From Bugula neritina (lineage: Eukaryota; Animalia; Bryozoa), in the NCBI GenBank assembly GCA_964035545.1, contig OZ037771.1, positions 3,173,628-3,237,627 of the forward strand: a DNA stretch of 64,000 bases, given 5' to 3'. Below are positions 40,272-52,355 of the stretch, piece after piece. Each line of letters begins with the position of its first letter. The first letter of the stretch is position 1. The notes under the pieces are model-generated. The model was not told the origin of the DNA, made no database searches, and saw only the letters and a program-made list of their open reading frames with translations. The translations under genes and the position numbers were made by a program.

Positions 40272-41578
40272 CTGCAGAGGTGGGTGTGTACTGATTTAGG
40301 AATTGAGAAAGACTGTGTACTAAATTAGAAATGTAGCAAAGCAAATTATGTTCCTGTAAGTGTTTCAATCAGTATTCTGAAAAAATTTAATACAAAATTA
40401 AAAAGCTTATTAGGCTATTTGAAATTTTGTTACTACTGAGCCTAAATGTAATAATATAAAATATTACTGTAATATATAATATAATAGATCATAATATAGC
40501 CATAGTGTAACACAATCAATATAATAGAAAATATATTATAGTGATGCTATTGTATATCAACTTTCAAATTTCAATCTATGTTTTGCAGTTTTGATATTTT
40601 ATGCTTTTCATTTGAAAATAAATGTTCCTTTCAATATAAAATGCTAAGACTGCAGGTTCAAGTTATTTTTGGCTTAAATAACAAGACTTCTACCTGCAAA
40701 GGCCAACTACTTTGTATATTATTTAGCTAGAAATATTGAAATCACTATTATGTAATAACATCTTAATTTAAATACAGCAAACTACAATGTCAATCAAAAT
40801 TAAAATCTTTAAAGCATGTAAGTAAAAGGCTGTGTGTATAACTTGTGTATCGTTATTTTTACTGTGCATATATGCCAACATATTATGGATATAAAAATGA
40901 GAAATCAAAAAACAGTGTCAAATAATTCTCGTGAAATACTCGATATTTTATTGTTTGACCCCTTGATATATTCTGCGACAATCAACCATAAAAAAGTTCA
41001 AGGCACAAATAATGTATTAGAATTTGCACAGAAGGATATTAGCAATGTTGAAACGAGAAGTCAATATATGTGTATGCTTTGTTTATTAAAAGATATATTT
41101 TTAAATGCAATTGTAAAAGTTTTTAATATAACAATGAGCTACGAAATATCATGTTTAAAACCGAGGTTCAATTTTTGACTTGATAGAATTTATATAATGG
41201 TATATAGAATACAATTGAAGATATAATTTTAGAGTATATATATTATTTTAGAGTAATAAGTTAACATTGTTATTATATATATAATATTAAACATGTATGC
41301 ATGTGTATATAATACATATTTTATATATAAATATTATATCACATAGATGACACATAATATAAGCTAGGAAATTATATTAATATAATATAATTATGTTAAA
41401 AATAACAGCAAGTAATATCAATTAGTCTGAGAATGTAATATTATAGCAGTGAGAATGTAATTGCACTGTAAAGATAAGAACTACTTTTACAAGAAAACAG
41501 TGTGTTACAATGGCTATAATATAAGGTAGAGCTAACTGGCAGTTCAGAGATTTTGATCTTTTCTTTATCTGTTGCTTG

Positions 41579-44500
41579 TTACAGGGATGTGTAGCAGGTT
41601 AACAAAACCTTCAACCTGATAGCTGAACAGAACCAATCCATACTGTCATCTGTAAACCAAACAAATATTTACAATAAAAACAAATAATATAAGAAATATG
41701 AAACAAGAATCTACACTGTGACAAAGGGTGAAGCAGTGTTATGAATTTTCTATGAGCAGCTCCGAGTCGGAGTTGAAGTTGCAATTTGGAACTCCTTTCT
41801 CTAAACTAGAGAACCTCCAACTACTGCACTCAGTCACCCCCAACTCAGAGCTGCTTATAGACTGATTCTACTGGTTATACCCATGTACAGACTAAGACTC
41901 TAGATATGTATAGCCTAAGTTCAAGCAAACATGCTTAGTGGAAAAACTGCTGTACGTATACATACATCTATCTGATAGAGCTGAGTTAGCCGTAGAACTT
42001 TCTGTCTGAGAAGGAAACAGGTAGGAGATGGCTCTGTAAGTGGATTGGATGACATTGATATACTCAGTAGTGCTCTTCACACTAGCTGGTACCTTGTTCT
42101 CAAAGTTCACTAAAGTATGATAGATCTTGTTGAATCCCTGTAACAGGTAATATAGCAGATCAATGAAATGGTTAATATAAAGTAAAGCAAAGATCTTTTT
42201 GAATTTTTATGATGTAGTATGTATTGCAAATGTTTTTATTATAACATCTTCAAACATTACTATTGTACAATTCGGTGTTGAAATTTCCCACTAAAATGTT
42301 TTCAAATTATTGTGCGCATCTAATTCTTTTCATAACTTGCTAATTTTATAATATATTGCAACTAATGTTTGTTCTTACACTAAACTACACCAATTGACAC
42401 TATATTCAAACAAATGTATAAAGAGCTTTAAACTTATAGACATTAAAATTCTTAAATAACAACTGTTTTATAGAGAATTATAAAAAAATAATTTGCAACA
42501 GTTGCAAAGAAATAAACATAACAAAAATCATTGTATTTACAAAACTAAAATTGTACAATGAGAAGTTATCTTTACACAGCCTTTATAGCTGAATTTTCTC
42601 CTCAGGTAGGGAGTAGATGAAAACATATATGCATGTTTAATTGGCTGTATATTATCATGTAAGCTAGCTCACTATTGGCTCTTAACATTGTCATAGCAAC
42701 ATAATGCTGTAAGCAACACCAGCAATTTTTAGTCAGCTTCTATGTATGGAAGAAAAGAATTGTTATACAGTGTTGTGTGTGAGTCTTCCATTATCAAAGA
42801 GAGACGGTAGTTTGCATTTTATATCAAGAGCCTAAGACATACGTGTTTTGGTAAATTTAACTTTTCACACAAATAGTTTTTTTACTTTCAAATATTTCTT
42901 CCTATTTTTGTAGGCAACCCACAGTTTTTTTTTATTAGCTCAAATTTGACTCCACTTTGCACTTCATATTCAGCTATACTTAATTGTAAGTGTAAGTGTG
43001 GGTCATGTAAGAAAAACTTGAATTCTCTAATCAACTGTGGAGTCTTACAGAAAATATATATCAGAAATAATTTTGAGTTTCTACACTTTTTAGGTCTGTT
43101 TGTAAATCCTAGCATAAACTTTCTGCATAGGCATATCATAATTGGCTACCCTATAATTTTAGTTCCCAATTTTTAAAAGTCATTGAGCATTTTTATTGAA
43201 CACAATTGCAACAATATTGAACAATTGAACGACAATATAGTGGTAAGTCTTAATTACGTGTGATCAACCCTCGGTTTTCTCACCAATTAATCCATGGATA
43301 TTTATTTACAAAACATGGAAATGAAATGATGACAGTCGTGAATATTTAAAAGATACTTCAATTGCAAGCTTTTTCTACACTTCAACTGCTATTTGGGGTG
43401 AAACTAGAATCTTTCATTAATGAATTTCTAAATTCAATGGGTTTTGCTGATAAGCGTTTTAAGAAAATAATTTGTCAGTGTGAGCAGCTTTACTGATAAT
43501 GATATGTAAGGAAACTTACCATGTGGCCGCAGTGTGGTGAACACATCCTGTCAGTTGGTAGGCTTGGACCCTGATGCATGTCCTGTTTAAAAATAAAATA
43601 CTTTATAAAGCTGGTATTTTATCAATTCTGCTGTAAAAATGACATTATAACCCAATAGCCTACAGGGCACATACTTTAGACTCTAGAGGGCATATACCCT
43701 ATGACATAGTTTACATTAAAAGATTTTAGCCCTATAAAACATAAAATATCCTAAAGGGCATTATTTAATATTATATACTGCATAAGCAGGAAGTAATCAT
43801 ATATATTATTAGCCTCTGGTCTAAGCAACTTGACTTCCATGCATGTCAATAACATAAGTTTTATAAACAGCAATAGTATACCAAATATATTTTTTAAAGT
43901 TCTCTAACATAGAAGTCAGCAGAGGTATTGTAAAAGTCAGCATATAGTGGGTACATATATTATTATATCATAAAATACTCACTGTAAACATTTGAATTGC
44001 TACAAAAGCAGAAACTGCTGGATGTACCAGGTTTCCATATGCACTCTTTGTGGCCGTAAGGACACCTGGAAATAGGTCAGCGCGTTATAAGTCAGCATAT
44101 TATATAAACTCAGCTATACACAGAAACACTAGGCTGCATTCCAAGATTATCCTACAAGATTCTAAAATCTTCTAAAATTAATCTTCTAAAACTAGCCTTG
44201 TTTAAAAAAGTTGAAGTCTTTTCAAAACCTTTTATAGTTGACTAATAATGTATACAAAAAAAGCTACTGGTTTAGTATATATATAACTCATGCATATTTT
44301 AAATATGCATGACATATAATATAAAAATAGATGAGAGGTGATATGGAAAATGATGTTAAATAAAGTTTTTAAGGAAACCAGATGAACAAAATGTACTTAG
44401 TTTGCAAACTATTTATACACGCATGCAAAAACTATAAATTTTATACTATTTTAGTCATCACATTTTTCTCAATTTTATATGCTTACTTGTTGCAATAAAC

Positions 44501-44622
44501 ACAATAACTGAAAATTAGACATTTTTATTTTCGAGACTTTTTTACAAGTAGAGTAAAAAATAAAACAATTTACACAATAATGACTTACTTGCTAGGAGAC
44601 AAATATATGTTAAGTAATTCAT
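41579..44622 (-). CDS. Novel 140-aa secreted protein, predicted four-helix (cytokine-like), 5 coding exons
   Basis: Exons 44622-44589, 44065-43983, 43582-43520, 42137-41966, 41649-41579, with donors GTAAGT/GTGAGT/GTAAGT/GTATGT, CAG acceptors and matching phases 1,0,0,1. Product: MNYLTYICLLASVLTATKSAYGNLVHPAVSAFVAIQMFTDMHQGPSLPTDRMCSPHCGHMGFNKIYHTLVNFENKVPASVKSTTEYINVIQSTYRAISYLFPSQTESSTANSALSDRYDSMDWFCSAIRLKVLLTCYTSL. The gene model is better supported than the fold assignment. Confidence 0.7.
41750..41860. mobile_element. Short MITE-like inverted-repeat element
   Basis: Ends CTATGAGCAGCTCCGAGT ... ACTCAGAGCTGCTTATAG are near-perfect inverted repeats; the paralogous copy is at 50677-50794. 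Confidence 0.5.
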
Positions 44623-47449
44623 GTTCAATTGTATAAAATTCCCTGTAAAGAAAAATCTGGTTGAATAAAATATTCTGACAGCTTGAAAAGGTGCTCTACA
44701 GTTGCTGTACAAATGTCACTGAGATTTATAATAGTTCACAACTCTACCTTGATACCTTTTATATCATCGTTTCTGTGTGGTAATAATTTCCAATTTTCCT
44801 CCACTTCTCCATCTCTGACATCATTTGCCATCCTGTACTATGTTTTTGAGCACTTAGAGTGCTCTAAATAAAAGAGCACAGCTGATTGGTCAACTAAATT
44901 CCATTCATAAACATCTAGCCGAATAGCTGGAAGAAGTTTCTCATATGTTAAACAATTGTGAAGTTTTATCATCTAATCTATACCTTTGTGGGTGGTAGAA
45001 GAGTAACCAATTACTTTCAACAATTAGCTGTACTTCTTTATGAAAAATTTGAGACATAGAAACAACATAAATAAACAACAAAATTGTCATACAGTTACAT
45101 AAAAGAAATTGAATATATTTTAGAAAAAAAACTCGCTATTTGTACATTTTTTAAAATGATTTTCAAGCATTTTTTTGCAAATTATAAGCTATCATACGCC
45201 ATAGCTTATGTTATTGGGAATTCATTGTTTGTTTGCTTCTTATCGCTCTCCAGCAGTTTATTTGCTAATTATGATGCATATAAATTCATGCAATATGTTT
45301 GCAACTTTTCTCACTGGTGCCAGTGTAATACTTGTATTAAATTGTGTAATGTGGTAATAATGATAACAATAAGGAAAATATAGTTTGTACCTGTTAGATT
45401 CAAACAATACAATGTTATCAGTCTGTAGACTGGGGAAGCAGATAGCACTGTGGGGTTGGTAAGCGTATCAAACACATAATATACTCTGGTCTTGCCACTG
45501 AAGGCTCTAGCTTGTCTGCTGATTGATCATTGGCTAGAGAATACACTTTACGTTCCTTTTAGAATTACACAAATCAACAACAATAGAACTTTAGATCTTA
45601 CAGTGAAACCAAACTAAAAAAGAGAACATAAATATGTTAGGATAGTTTCCATCTATCCCTGTGTTGTTTATATAATAACAGTGTTCGCCGTTGATCAAGA
45701 TTAATTTGGTTAAGATGATTAATTTGCAGTAAAAGCTGTTGAAAAGGAAAGTAAGAGCAAGTATCATTTTTTTACAAAAGCAACTGAACTAAGTTACTGT
45801 CAAAGGAAAAATTAACGGGCAATAAGTATAATACAACGCTTTGATATAAAATTTAGGTGAAAAAAGTTCATTGAAAATAGATGATAAAATGTACTGAAAA
45901 GTCAATCAGTTTTATTATTGTTACATCACCAATTATTCTCTCAGCAGTGCTAGTACTGTAATAAAAGTTCTGTCAAATAAAGTAAAAGTTTAAAATTGGG
46001 GAAATTACTTTTGTTCAGTGATCAAGTCATATAATATAGCTTCAGAGATGAAATTTCTTGACTAAAACTTAGGGCAGAACATTCACTGCTTATACCCAAT
46101 CCATGTTATAAGCTACTGAAAAATATTCCTGTGTGTTGAATACATTGCCTAAATACTTTCATTAGAACAACAGAAACTTGGAACAAAAGATTCCTTTGGC
46201 ATGCATTAACAAGCTATTTTAGGAAAATGATTTTAACTTAAGAAAGACAAAACAATAGCAAACTTCTACATCTACAAGAAAGGTAAGTTTGTTGTAACAA
46301 CTGTAGATAGTATAATATGCTAAATGTATTGAATTGTATTTTATCTCATTGCATGGTATTTTACATTAATTTGAACAGTGAAAATATTAAAATGTCACCA
46401 TAATTATTAAGCTACTGGTTTTTTTATATATAGAAATTACATTTATTTAAAACATTGCATCTTCAAATTATTTTAAGTAAAATTTATTTCAACAGCTACA
46501 CCAGCTGTTGAAAAACCTTGTGTCTGTTTTAAATGTCGAGCAATTCATGCACACGCAGGTCATTACAAAAAATATTTGCTTTTCTGTATTGGAAATGCTT
46601 ATGCAATTCTAAACTAGCACAGTTTATAAAAATAAAATTTAGTCTTGCCACAAGTTTGCACTTCATATCCACATGAATAAATTTAATCGTGGACACCAGC
46701 ACTTCCTCCAACAAATTTTCCTATATAAATCGAAGCATGTGGAAAATTGGAAAAATCTCCAAGAAGACTTTACAGTTAAAATATTGCCTGTCTGTATGAT
46801 CTAATACGCATGACGTGCGTGTAAGAGAAATGAACGGTCAGAGCTATAAGGAAGCTGTTACTACGCAAGGCGTGTGCTAGGAAAAGAATAAGCTGTAAGC
46901 ATAATTTAAGGAAATAATTCAAGTTCGTTTATTATTTTATTGAGGCAAATCATATTACAAAGTACATCCTGCAATGACAAATACTTTTGGAGAAGTTGGT
47001 GTTTTGTAAAATTTTATTGTTGCAGCCACAGAATTGTGTTTGGTAAATTCCATAAAGAAGAACATTGACTTAATACATTAATACATTTTAGAAGTTAATA
47101 CATTTAATTTGGCCAGTAAAAATTGCGTTCGATCTAATTGTTAAAGCATAATTTATTCACTAAGCTTATATACAGTTACATAAAAATTATTATCCCCCAG
47201 TTTACAAGCAGTTAAAATACTTTGTTTAAGTAAAGAGGGAGGAAGGGGGTAATAATTAGCATCTTGTTGGTTTTTATTTAACTATAGATTAACTCTGTTT
47301 TGTCGGATTGCATGTAGATGTATTCTCTTAGCACACGTTCACCTGGTTCTGTGAGTCAACGCTGAGCTACTATATGTTTATAAACAATGGAAATATAAAA
47401 ATACTTTTACACTAAAATATAGAGTAGCAACACTCTTTAATTAGTTTCT

Positions 47450-48025
47450 GTAGTGTGTGTGACAATGTAGTGAGGTACTGTGACAATGTAGTGTGTGTGA
47501 CAATGTAGTGTGTGCGACAATGTAGTGAGTGTGACAATGTAGTGTGTGTGTGACAATGTAGTGTGTGTGTGACAATGTAGTGACTGTGACAATGTAGTGT
47601 GTGTGTGACAATGTAGTGTGTGTGTGGCAATGTAGTGACTGTGACAATGTAGTGACTCTGACAATGTAATGACTGTGACAATTTAGTGAGGTACTGTGAC
47701 AATGTAGTGAGGTACTGTGACAATTTAGTGACTGTGATTATGTAGTGACTGTGACAATGTAGTGACTGTGATTATGTAGTGACTGTGACAATGTAGTGAC
47801 TGTGACAATGTAGTGACTGTGACAATGTAGTGACTGTGGCAATGTAGTGAGGTACTGTGACAATGTAGTGAGGTACTGTGACAATGTAGTGAGGTACTGT
47901 GACAATTTAGTGACTGTGATTATGTAGTGACTGTGACAATGTAGTGACTGTGACAATGTAGTGACTGTGACAATGTAGTGACTGTGACAGTTTAGTGACG
48001 GTGACAGTTTAGTGAGGTACTGCGA
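47450..48025. repeat. 17-21-bp minisatellite (copy A)
   Basis: Core TGTGACAATGTAGTG with AC, AGGTAC or TGTG variants. Confidence 0.95.
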
Positions 48026-50505
48026 AAATTTAGAAAATTCAACTCAATCACTAAGCACTAAAAATAGTTTCTAGAAGCTAGACACAGATTACTGGTGCTG
48101 CTCTAATCTTATATTCTAGAGTCTGTGTACATCACAAGACACTATAGAACTCTGAAACTCTGTATAAACAGCTTGAATATTCAACAGCTTTATTTACTCA
48201 AATTATAAATCTTATATAAATTAGATGTTTATACATTTATCATATTCTAACTATATGTGTATGTTAAATATTGAGCAAGTTGAATTGAAGCAGTATTATA
48301 ATAAGATAATTGTTTAAGCTTCTTTAAAGGAGAAAGCCAAGAAAAAAAACAATTTTTTCTGAAACTAGGCATACAATGGATTTGTTTTAAAATAATAGAA
48401 CTTCAACTTCTTTAACTTCAACTATAAAAGTTTTGAACATTATTTCCTCTTTACAAACAAATGAGTTTAATTACTTATCAAGCATCTGTTAAAATTACTA
48501 ATTTTATCTGATTAGAAGCACACAAACATGAAATTGTTATGTAATTTCATTCACAACGTCAGAGACTTAAGAAATAGTGTATTTTTAAAACAGGCTTGTA
48601 TGGCCAACTGTTTGCAACAATTTCTTAATATTTGTCGTAAGCCATGAGGAAAGTAATGTTTGAAGAGCAATAAACATCAAAGAGATGAGAGCCAGGTATA
48701 TCAGCCTTGATAAAACTAACATGGTTGTACCTGTCACCTCAAGACTCACAGATTGCTTGAAGTTGAACACTAGAGATGTGGTTATCAAGTATTTATGACC
48801 TTGAATGGCTTTTTGACTCTACTGGCGATCTAACAGACGACACTGATACAGAAAATAAACTTCCTGGAAATTTATTTGATTTGTAAAAAAGGTTTATTTA
48901 TAGACCAAAAGGAAGCTGTTTATCAACTATCCCAAGTGTGGAGTTTGAACTCTGACTAAAAGTAGAAGAAGCAAACAACTCCTTATTCGACATTTCATTG
49001 CTGGAATCCAAACACTGATGAAATACCATTACTCTTTTGTTTCTATTATACCTTCACATTAACCTTCTGATATCACTTTTAAAGTTAGCTTGAACTCATA
49101 GTGGGTAAAGTAGATATAAATAAGGTTGCTAATAAAAATTTATTAGCTGGCAAAATATTGCTTAGCTACATTAACTTGTTCAAATCTTGCGACTCCCCTC
49201 TAATACTCATACATGTAAACATAACATAAGGCCTCAAAGAAAATACATTTTTGTGGCAAGTGAGCAAAATCACAATATAAATGATTTTATATGATTTGAA
49301 AAAAGAAAATAACTTAGAGGAACTTACTTATTTGGCTATAGAACAAGCTGTCCACTAGCATATATGTGTGTCTGCTAAGTGGCTGTATTTGAGAGCTACG
49401 ACTCTGTTGAAGGCAGAGCTTGTCTGCTAATAGCTAATGGTAAGGTAGGTGTTATCATAATGTTGTTGTTTCTCAAATTTCAAATTTCAATCTTTGTTTT
49501 ACAGCTTTTATATTTTATGTATTTTATTTGAAAATAAATCTTTATTTCACTATAAAGTGCTAAGACTTCAGGTTCTATTTATATTTGGCACAATTAGTAA
49601 GATTGCTACCTGCAAAGGCCAACTACATTGGTATATTATTTAGCTAAAAGTATTGAAAACAATTATAAAATCTTAATGTAGATGCTGTAAATAACAATAT
49701 GTCAGAATTAAAGCTAATAAAGTATGTAAAAGGCTGTATATAATTTGTGTACGATGATTTTTATTGTACATGCAAATATGGATATATGCCTATAAAGATG
49801 AGAAATAGACAAACAGGGTGAGATAATTCTTGAGAAGCACTCAATATTTTATTGCTAGACTCATTGATTTATTCTGCAGCAGGCAACAAAAGACACATAC
49901 ATTCAAAGTGCAAAGAATTATTGTTATAGTTTGCACAAAAGGATATTAGAAATGTTGATATATGAAGTCAATACATGTGCATGCTATTTTTATTAAAAGA
50001 TATATTTTTAAATGCGCTTGTATATGTTTTTAATATAACACTGAGCTACAAAATATCATGTATAAAACCGAGGTTAAATTTTTTACTTGATAAAATTTAT
50101 GTAATGGTATACAGAATACAATTGAAAAAATATTATTCAGAGGGCAGTACTGACCTACAAAAAATTAAAATAGCTATTATGTATATTACATATGTGTGGA
50201 CATGTATATAATACATATTTTAAATACAAATATTATATCACATAGATGGCACATAATATTATCATTTCTTTTAATAACATTATATTAATTTAATATAATT
50301 ATATTTTTGTAATATAATTATTTTAAAAATCACAGCAGGTAATATCAATTAGTCTGAGAATGTAATATTATAGCAGTGAGAATGTAACTACACTGTAAAG
50401 ATAAGAACTACTTTTACAAGAAAATAGTATGTAGCAATGGCTATAATATAAGGTGGAGATAACTGGCAGTTAAGAGATTTCGATCTTTTTTTTATCTGTT
50501 GCTTG

Positions 50506-52355
50506 TTACAAGGATGTGTAGCAGGTTAACAAAACCTTCAACCTGATAGCTGAACAGAACCAATCCATACTGTCATCTGTAAACCAAACAATTATTTACA
50601 ATAAAAACAAATAATATAAGAAATATGAAACAAGAATCTACACTGTGACAAAGGGTGAAGCAGTGTTATGAGTTGTCTATGAGCAGCTCCGAGTCGGGGT
50701 TGAAGTTGAAGTTGGAACTTGGAACCCCCTTACTCTAAACTTGAGAACCTCAAACTACTGCACTCTGTCACCCCCAACTCGGAGCTGCTTATAGAACAAT
50801 TCTACTGGTTATACCCATGTACAGACTAAGACTCCAGAAATGTATAGCCTAAGTTCAAGCAAACATGCTTAGTGGAAAAACTGCTGTACGTATACATACA
50901 TCTGTCTGGCAGAGCTGAGTTAGACGTAGAACTTTCTGTCTGAGAAGGAAACAGGTAGGAGATGGCTCTGTAAGTGGATTGGATGACATTGATATACTCA
51001 GTAGTGCTCTTCACACTAGCTGGTACCTTGTTCTCAAAGTTCACTAAAGTATGATAGATCTTGTTGAATCCCTGTAACAGGTAATATAACAGATCAATGA
51101 AATGGTTAATAACTTAATATAAAGTAAAGCAAAGACCTTTTTGAATGTTTATATAATGTTGTAGTATGTATTGCAAATGTTTTTATTATAACATCTTCAA
51201 ACATCACTATTGAACAATTCAGTCTTACAATTTCACACTAAAAAGTTTTCATAACTTGCTAATTTTATAACATATTGCAACTAATGTTTGTTCTTACACT
51301 AAACTACACCAATTGACACTATATTCAAACAAATGTATAAAGAGCTTTTAACTTATAGATATTAAAACTCTTAAATAACAGCTGTTTTATAGAGGTTTAT
51401 AAAAAAAATATTTGCAACAGTTGCAAAGAAATAAACATAACAAAAATCATTGTATTTACAAAACAAAGACTGTACAATGAGAAGTTATCTTTACACAGCC
51501 TTTATAGCTAAATTTTCTCCTCAGGTAGGGAGTAGATAAAAACATATGCATGTTGAATTGGCTGTATATTATCATGTAAGCTAGCTCACTATTGGCTCTT
51601 AACATTGTCATAGCAACATAATGCTCTAAGCAACACCAGCAATTTTTAGTCAGCCTCAATGTATGGAAGAAAAGAATTGTTATACAGTGTTGTGTGTAAG
51701 TCTTCCATTCTTAAAGAGGTATTATGCATTTTATACCAAGAGCTTGAGACATAAGTGTTTTGGTAAATTTATTTTTTCACACAAATAGTTTTTCTGCTTT
51801 CAAATATTTCTTCCTATTTTCGTAGGCAACCCACAATTTTTTTTATTTTTTACTAGCTCAAATTTGACTTCACTTTGCACTTTGTATTCAGCTATACTTA
51901 ATTGTAAGTGCAAGTGTGGGTCATGTAAGAAAAACTTGAATTCTCTAATCAACTGCGAAGTCTTAAAGAAAATAATTATATATCAGAAATAATTTAGAGT
52001 TTCTACACTTTTTAGGTTTGTTTGAAATCCTAGCATAGGCTTTCTGCATAGGCATATCATAATTGGCTACCCTATGATTTTAGTTCCTAATTTTTGAAAG
52101 TCAATGAGCATTTTTATCGAACACAATTGCAACAATATTGAACAATTGAACAACAAAATGTTGGTAAGTCTTAATTACGTGTAATTTTAGTCATCACATT
52201 TTCCCCAATTTTATATGCTTACTTGTTGCAATAAACACAATAACTGAAAATCAAACATTTTTATTTTCAAGACTTTTTTACAAGTAAAGTAAAAATAACA
52301 ATTTACACAATAGTGACTTACTTGCTAGGAGACAAATATATCTTAAGTAATTCAT
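50506..52355 (-). pseudogene. Broken paralog of the secreted four-helix protein gene (exons 2-3 deleted)
   Basis: Exon 1 (52355-52322), exon 4 (51071-50900) and exon 5 (50576-50506) are retained almost unchanged. Joining phase-1 exon 1 to phase-0 exon 4 frameshifts. Confidence 0.7.

Larger units (their letters stand above)
40560..49445. repeat. Tandem segmental duplication, copy A
   Basis: Colinear similarity with 49450-57071 throughout; both copies end at GCTAATGGTAAGG. Confidence 0.95.

Noticed and set aside
44757-44864. N-terminal extension MANDVRDGEVEENWKLLPHRNDDIKG of the secreted protein
   Set aside because: In frame in copy A, but it would bury the signal peptide and copy B has a 1-nt indel; treated as 5'UTR pending transcript data.
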